Below, piece by piece: positions 48,728-57,809 of a stretch of DNA of 64,000 nucleotides. Within the stretch, counting starts at the first letter, position 1. Each line of letters begins with the position of its first letter. This DNA is from Myxococcota bacterium (lineage in GTDB: Bacteria > Myxococcota > UBA4151). The position numbers and the translations under genes were made by a program. A model generated the notes under the pieces. That model searched no databases, had not been told where the DNA came from, and worked only from the letters and a program-made list of their open reading frames with translations. The stretch is from assembly GCA_036338695.1 (NCBI GenBank), contig JAYZBQ010000015.1, forward strand, positions 32,001 to 96,000, read 5' to 3'.

Positions 48728-50788
48728 ATGAAGCGATGGCTGGCGATGCTTTCCGTGTTGGCGTTCAGTACGGTTTCTCCGGGCTGCAACTGCGACGACC
48801 CCATCATCATCAAGGTGGCGCCGATGTTGCAGATTCAACACGCCGAGGCAGACGCCGCGGTCGAGGGTGAGGATCCGCAGGACGCTGTCCGACCTCCCAT
48901 GTGCAACGAAGATGACGCAAAGGACTGCACGCTGGGCTTTGGTCAAGCGGGCGTCTCGATCTTCAACTACCGCTCGGTGGCGCTCGCCAACCGCGCCGAC
49001 GTGCCCTTGACGATCTATAACGTGCGCTTGGCAGAGGATTCACCCCAGCTTCCGGAGCTCGGCTTGGATTGGTCCGAGGCGGGCCGCCCGGTCTTGGCGG
49101 GTAAAGAATTTGTGGTCTTCAAGGTGTTCTGGACGCCCACGATTGAGATGGAGGCGGAGCAAGTTCTTGGCCACATTGAGGTCTTCACTAACGCAGACAA
49201 CGGGGAAGAAGAGGTCGACGAGCAGACCTGCATCGACGCAGGTGCGGCGGTCAACTGTGAGCTGACTCGGATCGCCATCGTCGGACAGGGCGTGGACATG
49301 GGGCTGCCCGAAGCGAAGGTGGTCGCCCGTGTCGCCTCCAACGCGTGGGACGGTGGCCCCTGTCAGTTTGGCTACACAGGGGTGAACAGCCAGATGAACT
49401 GCCGTGTCGAGATCACCAACATCGGCGAGCGGGATCTCTTGCTGTTTGACGCTGAGCTCGGCTTCCGCGAGTCGCCGCGCAGCGACTGCCAAACTTGCGA
49501 GGGGCAGCAGTGGTGTGGTGGCGAGAACGCCGCCTGCGTAGACGGCCCGTTCGCAGCCGAAGAGGCCGGCGAGGCGGGCGTTTGGGGTGAGCGTACGGCG
49601 TGCTCGGCGGACAACCGCTGCCCCGTCGGTCAATTCTGTGCGCTCGACGCTGAAGACCCCACTCAAGGCTTCTGCAGCGGCGAAGCCGAAGCGCCCGAGG
49701 GGCGACCCATCTTCCGCTTTATCGACGAGCCTGCGTTCTCTCGGGAGCAACCGCTTGCGATCAGCCCGGGTACATCGACAACCTTCCAGCTGGCGTTTCA
49801 GCCGTCGGCGCTGCGCCGGTACACGAGCCGGATTAGCTTTACGACGAACATCCCGGGCGGCGAAGAGGTGTCGCTTGGCTTGGTGGGCATCGGTCACAAC
49901 ATGCCGACGGCGGTGCCGCGGGTCTTGAGCGTCAGCGGCGGGCCGCCAAACCGCAACGATGACGGCGTCGCGCAGGTGGCACCGTCCGATACCGTGACGC
50001 TGACCGGCGAAGACTCCTTTGGCGCCAATGGCGCGGACATCGTCGCGTACGAGTGGAGCTTTGCCGAGGACGCTGAGGTCGGCGCCTATCGCCCAACGGA
50101 TTCCAACCTCGACTTCACTAACGAGGAAGGTGAGACTACGGAGCTCGGCTTCTTGAACAACATCGACAACTACATCCGAGGTGTGGACATCATCGGATCG
50201 TACCGGGCGGCGCTGCGGGTTCAAGATGAGTATGGCGTCTGGTCCGAGTGGGAGACGGTCGATTTCCAGAACATCCCGGGGGACTCGATCCACATCGAGT
50301 TGACCTGGGATCACCCGAGCTCGGACGTCGACCTCCATTTGCTGCGTGGGGGGGACCGGACCGGCTACACGGGCCGGGACGATTGCTACTACGCAAACTG
50401 CAAACCAGCCCTCGATGGCAGCCCGAGGCTCGCCTGGGGGCCGGGCGGACCGGAGGATGACCCTGTCCTCGATGTCGATGACGTCAACGGGTTCGGACCC
50501 GAGAACATCAACATCGACCAGCCGGAGGATGATCAGGTCTTCATGGTGGGGGTCCATTACTTCCGTGACGCCGCAGGGGGTGTCGGTGGCTCTCGCTCGA
50601 CGATCGCAACCATCCGCATCTACGTGTGGGAGCGATTAGTCTTTGAAGAGAGCGCTGAGCTCGCTGGCACCGCTGCGTGGTGGGAAGTTGCGAACATCGA
50701 GTGGGACAGCGGCGACGTGGACGATGGCGCCGCCCAAATGTTTAACGAGCCGCCGCCGCGTGCCGGCGGCGGTGGCGGTTGGCCGTAG
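48728..50788 (+). CDS. Lipoprotein with Ig-like (choice-of-anchor D-like), PKD-like and YfaP-like domains
   Basis: Signal + PGCNCDD; I.N.G...L; LAFQPS; AYEWSF; IELTWDHPSSDVDLHL...LDVDD..GFGPENINI. Confidence 0.75.
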   Translation: MKRWLAMLSVLAFSTVSPGCNCDDPIIIKVAPMLQIQHAEADAAVEGEDPQDAVRPPMCNEDDAKDCTLGFGQAGVSIFNYRSVALANRADVPLTIYNVRLAEDSPQLPELGLDWSEAGRPVLAGKEFVVFKVFWTPTIEMEAEQVLGHIEVFTNADNGEEEVDEQTCIDAGAAVNCELTRIAIVGQGVDMGLPEAKVVARVASNAWDGGPCQFGYTGVNSQMNCRVEITNIGERDLLLFDAELGFRESPRSDCQTCEGQQWCGGENAACVDGPFAAEEAGEAGVWGERTACSADNRCPVGQFCALDAEDPTQGFCSGEAEAPEGRPIFRFIDEPAFSREQPLAISPGTSTTFQLAFQPSALRRYTSRISFTTNIPGGEEVSLGLVGIGHNMPTAVPRVLSVSGGPPNRNDDGVAQVAPSDTVTLTGEDSFGANGADIVAYEWSFAEDAEVGAYRPTDSNLDFTNEEGETTELGFLNNIDNYIRGVDIIGSYRAALRVQDEYGVWSEWETVDFQNIPGDSIHIELTWDHPSSDVDLHLLRGGDRTGYTGRDDCYYANCKPALDGSPRLAWGPGGPEDDPVLDVDDVNGFGPENINIDQPEDDQVFMVGVHYFRDAAGGVGGSRSTIATIRIYVWERLVFEESAELAGTAAWWEVANIEWDSGDVDDGAAQMFNEPPPRAGGGGGWP

Positions 50789-50836
50789 GCGCCACGAGCC
50801 GTTCGTGAGAACTTGTAGACCTTATAGGAACTCTTC

Positions 50837-51502
50837 ATGCGTTTGATCACCATGACCCTCACGCTCACCTTCGCCTTCACAGCGCAGGCGAGCGGTAAAC
50901 AGACCATCAAGGTCGCGTCACCCCACGCCGAGAAAAAAGCGGCGCCCGCTGCGTCGGCTAAGAAGGCGCGCAAGGGACCTCGTTTCACGCTCAGACGCAG
51001 CAAGGACCCGCGCGGGTGGCTGTTTCGTGACTGGAACGCAGGGCTTCAGTTCGCTGTCTCGAAGGGCACGTTTCGGAAGCTCAAGCCAAAGAGCGATGCG
51101 CCAGGGGTCGCTTGGGAGGGTCAGGTCATGGTGGGCACGATCCTCATCAAGACCCGATACGACCAGATCGCGCCGGGTAGCTTTCAAAGCGCCGGCGAAC
51201 TGAAGGACTACCTCGAGGGAATCAGTACGGCGTATCGTGACGAGGAGAACCTCCGAGACGTGGTCGTGCTCGAGAGCGATATGCTCGACAGCATGGGGCT
51301 TGTCGAGGCGGGAGCCACGCTCGACGTGGTGCTCCCGAAAGGGAAGCACTGCTGCGAGCAGCTGTGGGCGCTCGTGCGCGGCGACACCCGAGTGACCATT
51401 AGCATCCGCTGCACCAACAGCGACTACCGGCGGCGTTGGAACGCCTTTCAAGATAAGTTCCTGGAAGCCCTGAAGCTCTCGAATACCGACAGCTGGAAGT
51501 GA
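50837..51502 (+). CDS. Hypothetical secreted protein
   Basis: Signal peptide AQA; Lys/Ala-rich linker; overlaps the next start. Confidence 0.65.
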   Translation: MRLITMTLTLTFAFTAQASGKQTIKVASPHAEKKAAPAASAKKARKGPRFTLRRSKDPRGWLFRDWNAGLQFAVSKGTFRKLKPKSDAPGVAWEGQVMVGTILIKTRYDQIAPGSFQSAGELKDYLEGISTAYRDEENLRDVVVLESDMLDSMGLVEAGATLDVVLPKGKHCCEQLWALVRGDTRVTISIRCTNSDYRRRWNAFQDKFLEALKLSNTDSWK

Positions 51503-52431
51503 CGTTGACGCCTTTACCCGAGGTTGGGGAGACCGTCTCGCTCGTCGAGGTCGGTCCTCGTGACGGGCTCCAGAATGAGGCGAAGGTGCTCAGCCCGTCG
51601 GTGCGCGCCGAGTTCGTTCGCCGCTTGGCGGCGGCGGGCTGCGACCGGATCGAGGCGGGCAGCTTTGTTCACCCTAAGTGGATCCCTTCGATGGCGGGGA
51701 CCGCTGAGGTCTTCGCCGAGCTGAGCGATCTTGACGGGGTTCGGCTCTCTGCGCTGACGCCCAACGCCCGAGGGTTCGCTGATGCCTGCGCAGCCGCGGT
51801 CGGCGAGGTCGCCGTGTTTATGAGCGCCAGTGAGACGCACAACCAAAAGAACACCAATTGTGGCACGCTCGAGAGCCTCGATCGTTTTGCGCCGATACTC
51901 GAGCAAGCGGCGGCGCTTGAGATGCCCGTACGCGGCTATCTGAGCGTGGTCGCAGGCTGCCCCTACGAAGGCGACGTAGCGGTCTCCAAGGTGGTCCGTC
52001 TCGCCGCACGGCTGCTGAGCATGGGCTGCTATGAGGTGAGCCTCGGTGACACCATCGGCGTCGGGACACCGCGGGATATCCACGCGTTGATGGACGGGTT
52101 TGAGGCTGAGGGGATCCGGTCGGACCAGCTCGCACTCCACCTGCATGATACGCGCGGTACGGCGCTGGCCAACGTCGTGGCGGGGCTCGAGCGCGGCGTG
52201 CGAGTTTTTGACTCGAGCGCTGGCGGGCTCGGGGGCTGCCCCTACGCGCCGGGCGCATCGGGGAATGTCGCGACCGAGGATGTCGTCTATCTCTGTGAGC
52301 GTATGGGGCTCTCAACCCGCGTGAACCTAGACCGTGTGGTGCAGGTGAGCGCATGGATGGCGGAGCAGTTAGGGAAAGAGCCTGTCTCGCGCGTCTACCG
52401 AGCGCAGCGCGCTCAAGAGGAGTCTTTATGA
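51499..52431 (+). CDS. Hydroxymethylglutaryl-CoA lyase
   Basis: EVGPRDGLQNE, SLGDTIG, HLHDTRG, GLGGCPYAPGASGN. Confidence 0.95.
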   Translation: MTLTPLPEVGETVSLVEVGPRDGLQNEAKVLSPSVRAEFVRRLAAAGCDRIEAGSFVHPKWIPSMAGTAEVFAELSDLDGVRLSALTPNARGFADACAAAVGEVAVFMSASETHNQKNTNCGTLESLDRFAPILEQAAALEMPVRGYLSVVAGCPYEGDVAVSKVVRLAARLLSMGCYEVSLGDTIGVGTPRDIHALMDGFEAEGIRSDQLALHLHDTRGTALANVVAGLERGVRVFDSSAGGLGGCPYAPGASGNVATEDVVYLCERMGLSTRVNLDRVVQVSAWMAEQLGKEPVSRVYRAQRAQEESL

Positions 52432-53204
52432 CCGCTGAGTTGAGCTATGCCGTCGATGCGCGCGGCGTCGGTGTATTGACCATGAACCGACCGGCTGCGC
52501 GCAACGCGATCGGCTGGGACCTGCTCGAGGCGCTTCGAGCTCAGGTCTCGGAGTGCGCCGAAGATGCCAACCTCCGTGCGCTGGTGCTGACCGCAACCGG
52601 CGACCGAGCCTTCTGCGCAGGGGCGGACCTGAAGGAGCGGAAAACCTACACCGAGGCGAAAACACGAACCTTCGTGAGCCGCATCGGTAAGTTGACCGCC
52701 GAGCTTGGGCGTCTGCCGATGCCGACGGTTTGCGCCATCAACGGACACGCCTTTGGCGGGGGCTGCGAGCTGGCGCTGGCGTGCGACCTGCGCGTGATGA
52801 AGCGGGGGTTTCAGATCGGGTTGACGGAGACGGCGCTGGCGATCATCCCCGGCGCAGGGGGGACCCAGCGGCTGCCGCGTCTGGTCGGTTTGGCGAAGGC
52901 GAAGGAGCTGATCTTTACAGCGGCTCGCCTCAGCGCCGATGAGGCGGAACAAATCGGGTTGGTGAACGCTGCGACCGACGATCTCGAGGCGGAGACCGAG
53001 CGACTGGTCAGCGCTATTTTACGGTGCGGACCGTTGGCGCTTCGGAGCGCCAAGACGGCGATCGAGGCAGGCTTCGACGCCGGGCTCGAGGAGGGGCTGC
53101 GTATCGAGCAGACGGCGTATCAGGTCATCATCCCGACCGACGATCGACTCGAGGCGCTGGCAGCGTTCGCCGAGAAGCGACCGCCTGAATTCAAGGGGCG
53201 CTGA
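52428..53204 (+). CDS. Enoyl-CoA hydratase, probably methylglutaconyl-CoA hydratase
   Basis: FCAGADLKER, GGGCELALACD, TET.LAIIPGAGGTQRLPR; adjacent to HMG-CoA lyase. Confidence 0.88.
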   Translation: MTAELSYAVDARGVGVLTMNRPAARNAIGWDLLEALRAQVSECAEDANLRALVLTATGDRAFCAGADLKERKTYTEAKTRTFVSRIGKLTAELGRLPMPTVCAINGHAFGGGCELALACDLRVMKRGFQIGLTETALAIIPGAGGTQRLPRLVGLAKAKELIFTAARLSADEAEQIGLVNAATDDLEAETERLVSAILRCGPLALRSAKTAIEAGFDAGLEEGLRIEQTAYQVIIPTDDRLEALAAFAEKRPPEFKGR

Positions 53205-53206
53205 CC

Positions 53207-54466
53207 ATGGAGTTTTTGCTGGCGCTCAGCTTCGGATTTTTGGGTGGGCTGATCCTGAACATCATGCCCTGCGTCTTCCCGGTTCTGATCTTCAAGGTCA
53301 GCTCGTGGATCGAACAGGCGGACGAGTCGGCTGGGGAGCGCCGAGCGGATTCCCTCGGCTTTCTGTTAGGCTGTATTCTCTGCTTTAGCGCCTTTGCGGG
53401 CGCCGTGATTGCGCTGCGCTCTGGAGGGCAGTCGATCGGCTGGGGCATGCACATGCAGAACCCAGTCTTCGTGTCGGCGCTGATCGCCTTGCTCGTCGGC
53501 TTCGGCCTCAACTGCGCCGGGTTGTTTGAGATCACGCTCTCGGCAGGCGGTGGCGCCCAGAAGTCGGGCTGGATCGGCTCGGTCGTCGATGGCGCCCTGA
53601 TCACGCTGGTCGCCACCCCTTGCTCAGCGCCCTTTCTTGGCTCGGCGGCTGCCGCAGCGCTGGCGAGCGATGCGGCGTGGTGGGAGACCCTTCTGCTGTT
53701 CTGGAGTGTAGGTCTTGGGCTGGCGTTTCCAGTGCTCTTGATCGGGTTCGTCCCAGCGCTTGGGCGCCTCCTGCCTCGTCCGGGCGCGTGGATGGAGAGC
53801 TTCAAGATCCTGGTCGGCTTTACCTTGCTCGGCGCGGCGGTCTGGCTGTTCGGCGTGCTGCAGAAACAGGTGACCCCAGCGAGCGCTAACAACTTCTTAT
53901 GGTTTTTGCTGCTCTTCTCGCTGGCGCTGTGGGTCATGGGCCGCTGGGGCGCCTTGCATCGCTCGACGCGCACGCGCTGGATCGGGCACCTCGGCGCGCT
54001 CGCCATCGCAGTCGGCGCAGGCGTTGGATTCATCGAGTTCGAGAAGCCCGTGAAGGTCAAGGCGGCGGCGTTGGCTGCCGATGGGACCCGGAAGGTGACC
54101 ACCGAGGACGAGCTGATCTGGGTCGATTACGACGCCGAGCTGGTCAAGACCACCCTAGCTGCCGGTCAAGCGATCTTTCTCGACTTCACGGCGGACTGGT
54201 GCGCAAGCTGCAAGACTTTTGAGAAGACCCACTTGAACACCGCCGCCACGCGCAAGGTCTTTGTCGAGACGAACACGATGACCATGAAGGTGGACCTGAC
54301 GAGCGACGAGGGTGAGTGGGACTTCCTCGCCAAGTTTGGTCGCAGCGGCTTGCCGACCTATGTCATCTTATTGCCCGACGGCTCGCACGACCTGCTGCCC
54401 GAGGGGCCGCCGCTGACCTTGCACGAGCGCTTGCGCGTCGCGGCCGCTAAATTAGGTACGCCATAG
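53207..54466 (+). CDS. DsbD-family thiol:disulfide transporter (TM + thioredoxin, no N-terminal alpha domain)
   Basis: LNIMPCVFP, ATPCSAPFLG, PRPGAWM, DFTADWCASCK. Confidence 0.88.
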   Translation: MEFLLALSFGFLGGLILNIMPCVFPVLIFKVSSWIEQADESAGERRADSLGFLLGCILCFSAFAGAVIALRSGGQSIGWGMHMQNPVFVSALIALLVGFGLNCAGLFEITLSAGGGAQKSGWIGSVVDGALITLVATPCSAPFLGSAAAAALASDAAWWETLLLFWSVGLGLAFPVLLIGFVPALGRLLPRPGAWMESFKILVGFTLLGAAVWLFGVLQKQVTPASANNFLWFLLLFSLALWVMGRWGALHRSTRTRWIGHLGALAIAVGAGVGFIEFEKPVKVKAAALAADGTRKVTTEDELIWVDYDAELVKTTLAAGQAIFLDFTADWCASCKTFEKTHLNTAATRKVFVETNTMTMKVDLTSDEGEWDFLAKFGRSGLPTYVILLPDGSHDLLPEGPPLTLHERLRVAAAKLGTP

Positions 54467-55790
54467 CGAGCCCAGCCGCTGCGCCGATGAGGCTTGCGAG
54501 GACCACGAGCCCAAGGGTTGAGCGCTGCACGGTCGTGCGCGTCAGCCCGGTTTGACCGCCCTGCGTGCCGTAGGCGTCAAGCGTCGAGACGCGGATCCGA
54601 GTCGGGGCGTCGTTGTTCATGGACACCTCCTCACGAATCGGCTCTTCGGGCGCTGGCGCGGAGGGCAGCTTACGCGTCGGCTCGAGCGTCGACGGTGACG
54701 CCGTCTCCGGCTTAGGCTGATCCATCGCCACCGTGTTGAGGTCCATCGCCGCCGTCGCCTCTGGGTCGTCGTCGCCCATGACTTTCGGGGATGAGGCCAT
54801 GTGGCTCGCCTCAAGACTCGGCAGGGACCCCGAATTGGTGGGGATCTCCTCTTCGTTCATGATCTCGGACACGAACCGAGCCAGGCGCCTTGGACTTCCG
54901 TCACCGGGCATGTCGCGCAGCGCCGTCTCGAGGGCATCGCGCGCCTCGCGGGCGGTCTGATAGCGGTCTCCGCGGTGGGCGGTCATGGTCCGCTTAATGA
55001 ACTCGACGAGGGCATCGGGCACCTCGCCGTGACCGGGGAGGCGGTACTCGCAGCGGGTGACGAGCCGCAGAAGCTCGGTGTTGTCACTGCGCGACTTACC
55101 GACCTGACCTGGGACGCGAAACGGCTTCTCGCCGAGCAGCATCTCATAGAGCACGACGCCAACGGAGAAGATATCGCTCCGCCGGTCCAGCCGCTTGCCA
55201 GAGGCTTGCTCGGGGCTCATGTAGCTGAACTTACCCTTGAGGACGTTGCCTTGAGTCAGCTGTTGATTGGTCGTCGCTTTGGCGATGCCAAAATCGATCA
55301 ACTTAACCGCACCGTCTCGCGACATCATCACGTTCTGCGGGCTGATGTCACGGTGGACCAGTCGCAGCAGTTTTTGGTCGGCGTCGCGAAAGCGGTGCGC
55401 GTACTCGAGCGCATTGCAGACATCGGCGGCGATCCGCGCAGCCAGCTCGGGCGGCATCAGGATCCCCTTACGGCGCAGCCGCTTGTTCAGCTGCCGCAGG
55501 TTGCAGCCGTCGATGTACTCCATCGCGATGTAGTACTGCCCATGCTCTTCCCCGAGCTCATAGATCTGACCGATGTTGGGGTGGCTCAAAAGCGCCGCCA
55601 CCCGCGCCTCATCGAGGAACATCCCAACGAACTCTTCATTATGCGCTAGGTGCGGGTGGATTTTTTTGATGACGAGCTGTTTGGAGAAGCCCGCTGGACC
55701 CGTCTGCTGAGCGAGATACACCTCGGCCATACCGCCTTGCGCGATGCGACGCAGCAGCTGGAATCGGCCGAATCGGACTTCGATCGCCAC
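54447..55790 (-). CDS. Hanks-type Ser/Thr kinase with C-terminal TM anchor
   Basis: AQGGMAEV, VIKK, HRDISPQN, DFGIAK, GKFSYMSPEQ; terminal hydrophobic helix. Confidence 0.92.
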   Translation of the reverse strand: MAIEVRFGRFQLLRRIAQGGMAEVYLAQQTGPAGFSKQLVIKKIHPHLAHNEEFVGMFLDEARVAALLSHPNIGQIYELGEEHGQYYIAMEYIDGCNLRQLNKRLRRKGILMPPELAARIAADVCNALEYAHRFRDADQKLLRLVHRDISPQNVMMSRDGAVKLIDFGIAKATTNQQLTQGNVLKGKFSYMSPEQASGKRLDRRSDIFSVGVVLYEMLLGEKPFRVPGQVGKSRSDNTELLRLVTRCEYRLPGHGEVPDALVEFIKRTMTAHRGDRYQTAREARDALETALRDMPGDGSPRRLARFVSEIMNEEEIPTNSGSLPSLEASHMASSPKVMGDDDPEATAAMDLNTVAMDQPKPETASPSTLEPTRKLPSAPAPEEPIREEVSMNNDAPTRIRVSTLDAYGTQGGQTGLTRTTVQRSTLGLVVLASLIGAAAGLAMAYLI

Positions 55791-55828
55791 GGGTGTTCGT
55801 CTCCACGGACTGATGCGTTAGGTTGGGC

Positions 55829-57703
55829 TCAAGTGCTCGATCGAGGCAAGTCCTGATCGAAGCTTTCGACACGCTCACTCGCTTCAAGCCAGTCGAGCTC
55901 AGCTTGTGTCTGGCGCTCTAGAATCGCTTGGCGCTTATCCTCAAGGCGTTGCAGCGCCACCCAGTCCTGTCGCGCTTCGCCGCTGCTCAGCTCCCGGCCG
56001 ACCGCCTCGGCCTCTTCGCTGAGTTGGTCGATTAGCCGCTCGAGCTTGTCGCGCGCGGCGACGAGCCGGCGCCGCTGTTTCTGCCGCTCTTTGAGCTGGG
56101 CACCCTTCGGCTTTGGCGGCGAGGCATTCTGAGCAGCCGGCGTCGACGTTTGCAATGCGGACTCGTGGAGGCGGCGCTCATGAATCGACCACCACCGGGT
56201 CGCGATCCGATCGCAGAAGGCGCGGTCGTGACTGACCACAAGGAGGGTCCCCGGATACGAGCAAAGGGCGCCCTCGAGGCCTTCTCGGGCGCGGAGATCG
56301 AGGTGGTTGGTGGGCTCATCGAGGACGATCAGGTTGAGGTCGCGTAGCAGCAGGCTCGTGAGCGCAAGTCTCATGCGCTCGCCGCCGCTGAGCTGGTCGC
56401 ACATCCTGAGCAGCGCCTGGCGGGGGAGCCCAAGCCCGCCGGCGAGGTTGCGCGCCGCCTGAATGCGCTCGACCGGTACCTGGCGCTCGAGCCATTCGCC
56501 GGCCGTGGCGCGACCGAGCACTTGGTCGATCTGCTGGCTGAGGATCGCTGGGCGAACCTTGACACCAAACTCGACCTCCCCGGCGAGCGGGGGCAGGTCA
56601 CCCATGAGGGTGCGAAGAAGGGTCGACTTGCCGCAGCCGTTGGTCCCTTTGAGTACGATCCGCTCACCCCGCCGAACGAGTGTGTCCGGCGCGCTGACGA
56701 GCACGTCATCGTAGCCTGCTTGCAGGCCGTGTATCTTGATCACCTCATCGGCGCTGCGCGGGACATGTTCGAAGGCGATCGGGAGCCCTGTGCGCGGCGA
56801 AGGAGCCTTCGGGGGCGGAACGAGCCGCTCGAGCGCTTTGGCGCGTGCGCTCGCCTGTTTGCTTTTCTGACCAGCTTTGTACTTCGCCACAAAGGCGCGT
56901 AGGCGAGCAGCCTCCTCGTCGAAGGCCGCCCACTCTTTGAGCAGCTGCTCTCGGCGGCGGGCGCGCGCCGCGAGATAGGCGCTGTAGGGCGCAGGGTAGC
57001 GCTCGACGCGGCCGTGATCGAGCTCACCGATCCAGGTGGGGCTGTGCTCAAGCAAGTAGCGATCGTGGCTGATCACCAGCCACGCGTGTTTGCAGTTGCT
57101 CAGCAGCTGGACCAGCCAGTTGATCCCGTCGTCGTCCAAGTGGTTCGTCGGCTCATCAAGGATCCACAGATCAGCCGGTGTCAGAAGCAGCCGCGCAAGG
57201 CGGCAGCGGTGTTGCTGACCGCCACTGAGCTGCGAGGCGGAGGCTGCGGCGAGCTCCATGAGCCCAAGCGCGCTGAGCGCGGCGTCGATACGAGCCGGGT
57301 AGGCGTAGCCATCGAGTAAGCCGAAGCGACTCTCCGCTTGACCGAAGCGCTCCAGAGCCGAGGCGTCCTCGGGGGCAGCCTCGAGCGCTTGGAGCGCTGC
57401 CTCATACTCGGATTTGATCTGTTGCCAGTCGCTCAGACCGCGCTCGAGATAGCTGCGCACGGACTCATCGCCCTGCGGGGCAGCGATCTGTTCGAGGGTC
57501 AGCAATCGCGCATCCGAGTGGATCTGAACCGTACCGTAGTCGGGCTCAAGGGATCCGGTGAGCATGCGGATCAGCGTGCTTTTGCCGCAGCCGTTTGGCC
57601 CCACGAGCGCCACGTGGTCGCCGGCGACAAGCGTGAGGTCGAGCTGATCGAGGATGGGCTCTTCGGCATATCCGAATCGAATGTCTTGGGCTCGGAGGAT
57701 CAC
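55829..57703 (-). CDS. ABC-F family ATPase
   Basis: Two NBDs (GPNGCGKST/LSGGQ/LDEPTNHLD and GTNGCGKST/LSGGE/LDEPTNHLD); no TM; C-terminal coiled coil. Confidence 0.93.
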   Translation of the reverse strand: MILRAQDIRFGYAEEPILDQLDLTLVAGDHVALVGPNGCGKSTLIRMLTGSLEPDYGTVQIHSDARLLTLEQIAAPQGDESVRSYLERGLSDWQQIKSEYEAALQALEAAPEDASALERFGQAESRFGLLDGYAYPARIDAALSALGLMELAAASASQLSGGQQHRCRLARLLLTPADLWILDEPTNHLDDDGINWLVQLLSNCKHAWLVISHDRYLLEHSPTWIGELDHGRVERYPAPYSAYLAARARRREQLLKEWAAFDEEAARLRAFVAKYKAGQKSKQASARAKALERLVPPPKAPSPRTGLPIAFEHVPRSADEVIKIHGLQAGYDDVLVSAPDTLVRRGERIVLKGTNGCGKSTLLRTLMGDLPPLAGEVEFGVKVRPAILSQQIDQVLGRATAGEWLERQVPVERIQAARNLAGGLGLPRQALLRMCDQLSGGERMRLALTSLLLRDLNLIVLDEPTNHLDLRAREGLEGALCSYPGTLLVVSHDRAFCDRIATRWWSIHERRLHESALQTSTPAAQNASPPKPKGAQLKERQKQRRRLVAARDKLERLIDQLSEEAEAVGRELSSGEARQDWVALQRLEDKRQAILERQTQAELDWLEASERVESFDQDLPRSST

Positions 57704-57809
57704 TGTTTCACTACCCCGTGTTGTCGCTCAGAAGGAGTTGTCCTATACGAGCAGGTGAGTCGTTGGTCGATCCGTCGGCTCGCGTTTCTTTGAACGATGA
57801 GGCGGTGCT

